A DNA stretch of 17,329 nt from Campylobacterota bacterium (GTDB taxonomy: Bacteria > Campylobacterota > Campylobacteria > Campylobacterales > Sulfurimonadaceae), in assembly GCA_034661055.1 (NCBI GenBank), contig JAYEKO010000041.1:1-17329 (forward strand), written 5' to 3'. Shown in pieces: positions 7,139-17,329 of this stretch. Both the position numbers and the translations under genes were made by a program. The notes under the pieces were generated by a model, which made no database searches, was not told the origin of the DNA, and saw nothing but the letters and a program-made list of their open reading frames with translations. How positions within the stretch are numbered: position 1 is the stretch's first letter; every line of letters starts with the position of its first letter.

Positions 7139-9895
7139 ATGGACTACAAAGAGACACTACTACTTCCAACTACGAATTTCCCAATGCGTGGAAACTTAAT
7201 GCAAAATGAGCCTAAGCGTTACGCATCATGGTACAGCACTAATGTTTATGAAACAATGAAGCAAAACCGAAAAGGGTGTGAGACATTTACTCTGCACGAT
7301 GGCCCTCCATATGCAAACGGCAATACACACATCGGTCATGCGCTTAATAAAATTCTTAAAGATATTATTGTTAAGCATAACTACTTTGGTGGTAAATCAG
7401 TTCGTTTAATTCCTGGTTGGGACTGTCATGGACTTCCGATTGAGCAACAAGTGGAGAAAAAACTTGGTGGTAAGAAGAAGAAAGAGCTTCTCTCTACGGG
7501 CGAGGTTCGTAAGTTGTGTCGTGAGCATGCTAAAAAGTTTGTGGGTGTTCAGAGTGACGAGTTTAAAAACTTAGGAATTCTTGCTGATTGGGAAAATCCA
7601 TATTTGACTATGGACTACAAGTTTGAGGCAAATATTTATCGTACTTTGTGTGAGGTAGCAAATAGAGGACTTTTGGTGGAACGCTCAAAACCAGTTTTCT
7701 GGTCATGGGCTGAGAGAACGGCACTAGCTGAAGCTGAAGTTGAATACGAAGATAAAGAGTCTCACTCAATCTATGTAGCATTTGAACTGAGTGATGAGTC
7801 TAAGATTCGTGCTTCAATTGAGGGCGATGCTGCCTTTGTTATCTGGACAACGACTCCGTGGACACTCCCGGCAAATGTCGGTATTTCACTAAATCCTCAA
7901 GAGAAATATGTTAGAAGCAGTGATGGATATATTGTGGCAAAAGAGCTTTATAACTCACTTGTAGAACAAGAGGTTATCAAAGGTGACGTGGTTCAAGAGT
8001 TTGATTCTACAGTTTTTGAAAAACTACATGCAATCAATCCGTTAAACGGCAGACGTTCTCAGCTGGTTTTAGGTGAGCATGTCTTAATGGATAACGGTAC
8101 AGGTTGTGTTCATACTGCACCAGGGCATGGCGAAGATGACTACCGTATTGGTCTGAAATATAATCTTGATGTCATTATGCCAGTCGATGAAACCGGCTGT
8201 TTTGATAACACGGTAGTGCGTGAAAAACTTATTCCAAACCCAGAAGAGTTTGTTGGAAAACATATTTTTAAATCTAACGAATCTATCTTGGAGCTTTTAG
8301 GCGATTCACTTTTACATGTAAATAAGTTTATGCACTCATATCCACACTGTTGGCGTTCACATACACCACTAATCTTTCGTGCGACAAAGCAGTGGTTTGT
8401 CTCAGTAGATGGTACGCCGACCGGACAAGAGAAGACACTAAGAGAGATTGCGGTAGATGATGTTAAAAAGACAGCTTTTTATCCTGAGACAGGACGAAAT
8501 CGTCTAAACTCAATGGTAGAAAATAGACCAGATTGGTGTATCTCTCGTCAGCGTGACTGGGGAGTTCCTATTGCATTTTTTCGTGTTAAAGCTACAGGTG
8601 AAGTTGTTTTAGATGAAAAAGTTTTAAACTTCATTGCTATGGTCTTTGAGATGCAAGGTTCAGATGCGTGGTATTCCATGCCGATTGAATCGTTACTTTA
8701 CCCTGGAAGTGGTTATAAAGCCGATGAATTGGAAAAAGTAAGCGATATTTTAGATGTATGGTTTGATAGTGGCTCAACTTGGAATGCTGTTTTAAAATCA
8801 CGTAATTATGATGCAGGAACCTTTCCAGCTGATCTGTACTTAGAAGGTTCAGATCAGCATCGTGGCTGGTTTCAGTCATCTCTGTTTTTAAGCGCGGCAG
8901 TGGCACATCAAGCACCATATAAAGCAGTGCTTACTCACGGTTTTACTGTTGATGCCAAGGGTGAGAAGATGTCAAAATCTAAAGGAAACGTGGTTGCACC
9001 CGATAAGGTCATAAAACAGTACGGTTCAGAGATTTTACGTCTTTGGGTTGCAATGAGTGACTATCAGAGTGATCTTAAGATTTCTGATGAGATCTTAAAG
9101 CAGATTGCTGAGCAGTACCGAAAGCTTAGAAATACTTTCCGTTTTTTAATGGCGAACATTAATGACTTAGAGACTCTAGTGTCATTTGAAGAGATGGGAA
9201 TTTTAGATCAATGGATTGTCAGCAAGGCAGATGATGTCTTTAAAGAGGTTCATAGATCATTTGGTGAGTACAACTTTGTTAATGCTATGAGTGTTTTAAA
9301 TAACTTTGTTGTTAATGAGTTGAGTGGTATTTACATGGACTTAACTAAAGACAGACTCTATTGTGATGCTAAAGATGACCATCATAGACGTTCATCTCAA
9401 AGTGCAATGGCAATGATTGCAAAAAATATGCTTATTCTTATTGCTCCTGTATTAACCTATACGGCCGATGAGATTATTGAATATGCACCAGCGGTTATCA
9501 AGGGTGAGAAAAAGAGTATTTTTGACTTTACTTATGAGGCGATGGATACTTTTACAGTAATCTTTAATGAAGAGTATATGCTTAGAGTTCGTGACGCATT
9601 TTTTGAAATTGTTGATGGACTTAAAAAAGAGAAGAAAATTAAAGCAACACTAGAGTTAGTTATTACTACTAAGTCAACAACAGCACTTGATTTAGAAGCA
9701 ATAGAGCTTGAAGATTGGTTTGTAGTCTCTGGTGTTAATACACAAGATATTAGTGAGAAACTTGGAGAGTTTGAAGTGGATGGTGATAGTTTTGTTATTG
9801 GTTTGGCAAGTCAGGCAAAATGTCCACGATGTTGGAAGTTTAATAGCAGTAGTGAAGATTCTACATGTAAACGTTGTAGTGAAGTTGTAGCGTAA
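7139..9895 (+). CDS. ileS: Isoleucine--tRNA ligase (bacterial type 1)
   Basis: LHDGPPYANG..HIGH, GWDCHGLPIE, WTTTPWTLP, GTGCVH.APGHG, DWCISRQR.WG, EGSDQHRGWF, KMSKS, C-terminal CPRC...CKRC zinc finger. Confidence 0.99.
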   Translation: MDYKETLLLPTTNFPMRGNLMQNEPKRYASWYSTNVYETMKQNRKGCETFTLHDGPPYANGNTHIGHALNKILKDIIVKHNYFGGKSVRLIPGWDCHGLPIEQQVEKKLGGKKKKELLSTGEVRKLCREHAKKFVGVQSDEFKNLGILADWENPYLTMDYKFEANIYRTLCEVANRGLLVERSKPVFWSWAERTALAEAEVEYEDKESHSIYVAFELSDESKIRASIEGDAAFVIWTTTPWTLPANVGISLNPQEKYVRSSDGYIVAKELYNSLVEQEVIKGDVVQEFDSTVFEKLHAINPLNGRRSQLVLGEHVLMDNGTGCVHTAPGHGEDDYRIGLKYNLDVIMPVDETGCFDNTVVREKLIPNPEEFVGKHIFKSNESILELLGDSLLHVNKFMHSYPHCWRSHTPLIFRATKQWFVSVDGTPTGQEKTLREIAVDDVKKTAFYPETGRNRLNSMVENRPDWCISRQRDWGVPIAFFRVKATGEVVLDEKVLNFIAMVFEMQGSDAWYSMPIESLLYPGSGYKADELEKVSDILDVWFDSGSTWNAVLKSRNYDAGTFPADLYLEGSDQHRGWFQSSLFLSAAVAHQAPYKAVLTHGFTVDAKGEKMSKSKGNVVAPDKVIKQYGSEILRLWVAMSDYQSDLKISDEILKQIAEQYRKLRNTFRFLMANINDLETLVSFEEMGILDQWIVSKADDVFKEVHRSFGEYNFVNAMSVLNNFVVNELSGIYMDLTKDRLYCDAKDDHHRRSSQSAMAMIAKNMLILIAPVLTYTADEIIEYAPAVIKGEKKSIFDFTYEAMDTFTVIFNEEYMLRVRDAFFEIVDGLKKEKKIKATLELVITTKSTTALDLEAIELEDWFVVSGVNTQDISEKLGEFEVDGDSFVIGLASQAKCPRCWKFNSSSEDSTCKRCSEVVA

Positions 9896-9898
9896 ATT

Positions 9899-10017
9899 AT
9901 GGACTTTACACAGCCAGTTGAAAATATACATGTAGTTGTGACCATAGCAGTTATATTTGCCATTGTAGCAGTGGGAATATTGTTTGTTAGACGAGAAAAA
10001 AAGAGAAAGGAAGCAAT

Positions 10018-10021
<4 letters not shown>
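9899..10021 (+). CDS. Small 40-aa single-pass membrane protein
   Basis: [40 protein letters not shown]. Fills the ileS-gatA gap; its TGA overlaps the gatA TTG start. Confidence 0.75.
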
Positions 10022-12817
<2,796 letters not shown>

Positions 12818-12831
12818 ATAAAGGATTGTTA

Positions 12832-14097
12832 ATGCAGTTACAGACAAATGCACTTCATGCAGGTTACGAAAAAGATTCTCAGGGAACTATGGCTGTTCCT
12901 ATTTACCAAACAACAGCTTATGAGTTTCGTGATGTTGAACATGCGGCCAATCTTTTTGCATTAAAAGAGCTGGGCAATATCTACACACGTCTTAATAATC
13001 CTACAACAGATGTTTTTGAAAAACGTTTTTGTGAGCTTGAAGGTGGTGAAGCAGCACTGGCTGCTTCAAGTGGAATGGCAGCCATTTTTTACGCTATTGC
13101 CAACTGTGCTGAGGCTGGTGATAATATTGTCTGTGCTGCACAACTATATGGTGGAACTTTAACACAGACTGCACATACACTTAAACGTTTTGGTATTGAA
13201 GCACGCTTTTTTGATGTGCATACTCCAGATGATATTGAAGCTTTAATTGATGACAAGACTAAAGTGATTTTCTTTGAAACATTAACCAATCCTAGTATTG
13301 ATGTGGCAGATATTACTGCAATTACTGCTATTGCAAATCGACACAATATTATTACCATTGTTGACAACACGGTTGCTACTCCGGTGATTTGTCGTCCGTT
13401 TGAGCACGGTGTTGATGTGGTTGTTCATAGTGCAAGCAAGTACACTACCGGTCAAGGTCTTGCTATTGGTGGAATCCTTGTTGAGCGTAAAGGTTTACGT
13501 GAAAAGATTAAAGGCAATGAGCGTTATAATCATTTTAATGAGCCTGACTGGAGTTATCACGGTTTAGTCTATGTTGATGTACCTCTTCCAATCTTTACAC
13601 TTCGCGCACGTCTTTCACTCCTTCGTGATTTAGGTGCAGTTGTCTCACCGTTTAACTCTTGGTTGTTTGTTCAAGGTATTGAGACATTAGCACTTCGTAT
13701 GCGTGAACACTCTAAAAATGCACTCGCTTTAGCTGAGTTTTTAGAGGCACATCCAAAAGTACTTAAGGTTAATTACCCAGGACTAAAAAGTGATTTAAAC
13801 TATGCAGATGCTCAAAAATACTTTGATAAGGGAATGGCAAGTGGACTTCTTAGTTTTGAAGTAGAGAGTTTAGAAGCAGCAACAAAAATTGTAGATGCAA
13901 CTAAACTATATTCATTAGTGGTCAACATTGGTGATTCAAAATCAATTATTACCCACCCTGCATCAACAACACACCAGCAGTTAAATGAAGAGGAGCTTAA
14001 ACTTTGCGGTGTTCCTTCTGGCCTTATTCGTATTAGTGCCGGACTTGAAGATGCTGATGATCTTATTGCAGATATGAAACAGGCATTAGAGGCGTAA
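12832..14097 (+). CDS. metY: O-acetylhomoserine aminocarboxypropyltransferase/sulfhydrylase (MetY/Met17)
   Basis: VPIYQTT.Y, GNIYTRL.NPT, SSGMAA, LYGGT, DNTVATP, HSASKY (PLP lysine), NIGD.KS.ITHPASTTH. AAGGA SD 6 nt before ATG 12832. Confidence 0.93.
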   Translation: MQLQTNALHAGYEKDSQGTMAVPIYQTTAYEFRDVEHAANLFALKELGNIYTRLNNPTTDVFEKRFCELEGGEAALAASSGMAAIFYAIANCAEAGDNIVCAAQLYGGTLTQTAHTLKRFGIEARFFDVHTPDDIEALIDDKTKVIFFETLTNPSIDVADITAITAIANRHNIITIVDNTVATPVICRPFEHGVDVVVHSASKYTTGQGLAIGGILVERKGLREKIKGNERYNHFNEPDWSYHGLVYVDVPLPIFTLRARLSLLRDLGAVVSPFNSWLFVQGIETLALRMREHSKNALALAEFLEAHPKVLKVNYPGLKSDLNYADAQKYFDKGMASGLLSFEVESLEAATKIVDATKLYSLVVNIGDSKSIITHPASTTHQQLNEEELKLCGVPSGLIRISAGLEDADDLIADMKQALEA

Positions 14098-14099
14098 CC

Positions 14100-15203
14100 A
14101 TTAAAGAGTTAAACTTACAGACCCATACTGAGCACTTTGATAATCCACTTTACTTGGAGAGTGGGCGTATTTTAGAGCCTTACGATATTGTCTATGAGAC
14201 TTATGGTCATCTTAATGAGGCACGGGATAATATTATTGTTATCTGTCATGCACTTACGGGTTCGCACCATGCCGCAGGCTACTATGAAGGTGATGCTAAG
14301 CCAGGATGGTGGGATGGACTTATAGGCAGCGGTAAAGCGATAGATACTGATAAATATTATATTGTAAGTACCAATGTTCTAGGTAGCTGTTTTGGCTCTA
14401 CCGGTCCTATGTCTAAAAATAAGTATGGTGAAGAGTACCGCTACAAATTTCCTGTTGTCACAATTAAAGATATGGTTAAAGCGCAGCGTATCTTGTTTAA
14501 CCGTTTAGATATTCATAGAGTTCATGCTATTGTAGGTGGTTCAATGGGTGGAATGCAGGCCTTACAATTTGCTATACATTTTCCAAATTTTGCCAATAAA
14601 GTCATTGCAATGGCAACAACCTTTGCAACACAACCGTGGGCAATCGCTTTTAATAAAGTGGCACAAGACTCCATTTTACATGATCCAGATTTTAAAAATG
14701 GCTATTACGAAAAAGAGGACTTAGCCGAAAATGGACTTTCAGGTATGGCTGTAGGCCGTATGGCTGGGCACATTAGCTTCTTGTCTCACTACTCGATGAT
14801 TGAAAAATTTGGACGTGAATATAAGCGTGATGATGGTCTTTATGAACTGTTTGGAAAGTTTCAAGTTGAATCTTATTTGGAATATAACGGCTATAACTTT
14901 ACCAAATGGTTTGATCCTCTCTCGTATCTTTACATTACTAAGGCGATTAACATCTATGACTTAGCGCGTGGTTTTGATTCTCTTTCACATGCTTTAGTCA
15001 AGATACAAGCAGATTTACATCTAATTAGTTTTAAAGAAGATATGCTCTTTTTACCAGATGAGATGCGAAAGATTGATGAAATTTTAACAAGTCAGCATAA
15101 AAATTGTCACTATTTTGAAGTAGAGAGCCACTATGGTCATGATGCTTTTTTGGTTGAGATCGATAAGTTTGAAAATTATGTAAGAGAGGCACTAAATGGC
15201 TAA
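14100..15203 (+). CDS. metX: Homoserine O-acetyltransferase; start placed at ATT 14100 (start uncertain; ORF track uses TTG 14154)
   Basis: LESG, YETYG.LN, CHALTG, GWW, NVLG.C.GSTGP, GGSMGGMQA (catalytic Ser), GHDAFL (catalytic His). Confidence 0.93.
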   Translation: MKELNLQTHTEHFDNPLYLESGRILEPYDIVYETYGHLNEARDNIIVICHALTGSHHAAGYYEGDAKPGWWDGLIGSGKAIDTDKYYIVSTNVLGSCFGSTGPMSKNKYGEEYRYKFPVVTIKDMVKAQRILFNRLDIHRVHAIVGGSMGGMQALQFAIHFPNFANKVIAMATTFATQPWAIAFNKVAQDSILHDPDFKNGYYEKEDLAENGLSGMAVGRMAGHISFLSHYSMIEKFGREYKRDDGLYELFGKFQVESYLEYNGYNFTKWFDPLSYLYITKAINIYDLARGFDSLSHALVKIQADLHLISFKEDMLFLPDEMRKIDEILTSQHKNCHYFEVESHYGHDAFLVEIDKFENYVREALNG

Positions 15204-15402
15204 AACAGAACAGTTTGAGACAAAGTTGGATAATGCAAAAGAGAGTCTTGAAAAACTTTTACAGAGTGATATTACCATGAGTGATAGTGTAAAGGCATAT
15301 GATGCTGGAATGAAAGAGCTCCAAGTGGCCCAGAAGCTTTTAGATGATGCTCTTTTACAAGTAGAGACAATTAAACAAAATCCCAATGAGCACTCAGAAT
15401 GA
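15196..15402 (+). CDS. xseB: Exodeoxyribonuclease VII small subunit
   Basis: 68 aa with the FE..L......LE.L...I....SV..Y..G......A...L..A.L.V pattern. Confidence 0.85.
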   Translation: MAKTEQFETKLDNAKESLEKLLQSDITMSDSVKAYDAGMKELQVAQKLLDDALLQVETIKQNPNEHSE

Positions 15403-16196
15403 AAATAGCAGCACTGCAACTTCTGTATATGGGAATGAGTAGTACAAGACTTTACAAGTATGTACGCAATGCTCACAAACAGGGTGTCAAACTCCTTCTT
15501 TTAGGTGAGTACATGCTAAACCCTTTTTTTAAGGAGCTGCAGAGTGTTACACCGGCTATGATACGCGAGCAGAGTGACCATCAAGTTGCAATTTTAAAAG
15601 AGCTCTCTAAAGAGTACAATATGACTATTGTGGCACCATTAATAGTGATTCGTAAAAAAGAGCCTTACAAATGTATTGTTAAAATTGCTCCTACTTCAAC
15701 AGCTTATTATGACCAACAGCTTCTTATTAATTACAAGCACTGGAACGAAGAGAGATTTTTTTCTAATATGATTAAACCGCTACAATCACCTCTGATTTTT
15801 ACCATTGAAAATATTAAATTTGCCGTTATGGGTGGGTTTGAACTCCATTTTGATGAACTTTGGAACTATGTCAGTAACAAAAGTGTTGATGTTGTTCTTT
15901 TGCCTAGTATTGCGACATTTGACTCTAATGAGCGCTGGAAAGATCTTATTAAAATGCGCTCTTTTACAAAAAACTGTTATGTACTAAGAGCAAATCGTGT
16001 TGGTGAATATATAGAAGATGAACATTCATGGAAGTTTTACGGAAATTCACTCTTAACATCACCTGATGGTATTATTGAATCTGAGCTTGGAGATGTTGAG
16101 GAGTTGATGGTCGTAGAGGTCAACCACTCTGAAGTGGTCGAGTCTCGTAGAGCTTGGGGTTTTAGAGAAGCTTTAAATAGAAGAATTACTACTTAG
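15399..16196 (+). CDS. Carbon-nitrogen hydrolase (nitrilase superfamily) protein with a degenerate catalytic triad
   Basis: MKIAALQ, LLLLGEY, E.RFF, DVVLLPS, W..L.K.RS..N.CYVL.ANRVG, FYGNS.L.SPDG. Confidence 0.85.
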   Translation: MKIAALQLLYMGMSSTRLYKYVRNAHKQGVKLLLLGEYMLNPFFKELQSVTPAMIREQSDHQVAILKELSKEYNMTIVAPLIVIRKKEPYKCIVKIAPTSTAYYDQQLLINYKHWNEERFFSNMIKPLQSPLIFTIENIKFAVMGGFELHFDELWNYVSNKSVDVVLLPSIATFDSNERWKDLIKMRSFTKNCYVLRANRVGEYIEDEHSWKFYGNSLLTSPDGIIESELGDVEELMVVEVNHSEVVESRRAWGFREALNRRITT

Positions 16197-16756
16197 CCAA
16201 ATAGTTTTTTCATTAGGGCAAAAAATACCTTAAACATACCACTGTTACCTACTGTTTTATTAATAAAATCATCATAAGTTGTGTTATTGTTCTCAAGATA
16301 ACCTCGTAGAAATTTTTCTGAGGCTTCTACACCGTTCTCTTCTTCAATTTCAATAAGTTTTGCATAGATAGGCTCAATGGTATTAACAGCACTTTTAGGA
16401 GCAGCTTTTCTAAATGCGGTAAAACTGACAATCTCATTGCTTATAGGGTCTCTTTTTGACTCAAATTCAGTAACAACCTAGTAGTATCTACCATCTTTTG
16501 CTAAATTTTTTACAATAGCAATAAAGTTTTCACCTTTTAATATACGTTCCCACATCATTTTAAAAGCAACTTTAGGCATATCTGGATGGCGAATAAGGTT
16601 ATGAGGTGTTCCAATGAGTTCACTCTCTTTGTAACCGGATATCTCAACAAAATATTCGTTACCGTATTCAATTACCCCCTTACGGTCAGTTTTACTGACA
16701 ATATACTGTTTGGGATCCAATACAATCTCTTCATTAACTGGGTCTGGACGTGTCAT
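16193..16756 (-). pseudogene. Stand-alone PAS-domain protein (Aer/CetB-like), 187 codons with an internal TAG at 16480-16478
   Basis: IVSKTD.KG.I.Y.N..F..ISGY...ELIG.PHN.IRHPDMP..AF..MW...KNLAKDGRYY*VVTEFE...FTAFRK...; the frame stays open to TAA at 16195-16193. Confidence 0.85.
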
Positions 16757-16853
16757 GACTGCTCCATATAATTTTTATTTAATCTAATTGTACTATTATT
16801 ATGATAATAATTTCTATTATTCCGAATTATACCTTATGCTACAGGAAGTTTTA

Positions 16854-17297
16854 ATGAAAAATATTGTTGTGCAAAATATTCAAAAAGCTAAAGAATCACA
16901 CCTATCCCAGTTGCACTACATTCAGTTATTGGTTAGAGGAATAAAAGTAGAAGAGAATAAAATATTTAAGAGTCAGTATGATTGTGTTTTTGGGCAATGG
17001 CTCTTTGGCGAAGGAAGCCAGTTAAAGGAACATTTAGATAGGTCACTACTCGATGAAATTGAGAGTTTACATGCTATCTGGCATGATGAGTACCTTAAGA
17101 TTTATCAGATTTTTTTTCTCAAAAAATCTGGGATGTTGACACGATTTTTAGGTAAAGATGTTGAAGTGTCAGCGATGGATAGAGATAGGGCTAAAGCATA
17201 TCTTAATGATTTGGAAGCGACAACAGAACGTTTGATTGTAAAGCTCGATATTATTATACGAAAAGCTGGTGCTCTAGGTATTACAAGTTTAAAGTAG
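16854..17297 (+). CDS. Stand-alone CZB (chemoreceptor zinc-binding) domain protein
   Basis: ESH, DCVFGQW and LHAIWH give the 3His-1Cys pattern. ATG 16854 follows AGGAAG and is preferred over the TTG at 16788. Confidence 0.85.
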   Translation: MKNIVVQNIQKAKESHLSQLHYIQLLVRGIKVEENKIFKSQYDCVFGQWLFGEGSQLKEHLDRSLLDEIESLHAIWHDEYLKIYQIFFLKKSGMLTRFLGKDVEVSAMDRDRAKAYLNDLEATTERLIVKLDIIIRKAGALGITSLK

Positions 17298-17306
17298 GGA
17301 TTATTT

Positions 17307-17329
17307 ATGATGATGAAATATTTCCACCG
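17307..17329 (+). CDS. Possible start of the next gene (truncated by the window edge)
   Basis: AGGGA followed by ATG ATG ATG AAA TAT TTC CAC; too short to identify. Confidence 0.35.

Noticed and set aside
16478..16480. Genome-wide TAG reassignment or pyrrolysine insertion
   Set aside because: TAG ends the hydrolase (16194-16196) and CZB (17295-17297) genes at plausible termini. Trp is TGG elsewhere, and there is no CUA-anticodon tRNA or pyl gene in the window.
16788..16853. Tyr-rich N-terminal extension (MYYYYDNNFYY) of the CZB ORF as a leader peptide
   Set aside because: It is best explained as translation of an AT-rich promoter region. The TTG has no SD, whereas ATG 16854 has one.

Overview
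AT-rich, gene-dense housekeeping region. Gene content and promoter style suggest Campylobacterota, probably Sulfurimonas/Sulfuricurvum-like (inference). Minus strand: a truncated secreted protein, EI24/CysZ-like and YtfJ genes, a REC-GGDEF-EAL protein, a BaiN/HI0933 flavoprotein, a six-tRNA operon (Lys-Glu-Val-Asp-Val-Asp) behind a perfect TTGACA-17-TATAAT promoter, and cinA. Plus strand: ileS, an unannotated 40-aa membrane ORF, gatA, guaB, metY, metX, xseB and a carbon-nitrogen hydrolase. The window ends with a divergent PAS (CetB/Aer-like) and CZB gene pair. Main findings: (1) a tRNA-Glu(UUC) that keeps the GluRS/GluTR core determinants but has A32/C33 and a weak, mismatched T-stem, suggesting a non-ribosomal tRNA; (2) a probable ATT start for metX; (3) a single in-frame TAG at a conserved Trp in an otherwise intact PAS gene; (4) two palindromic elements in the tRNA spacers, one with an empty versus filled site visible in the window. 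All calls were made by eye; no searches were run.
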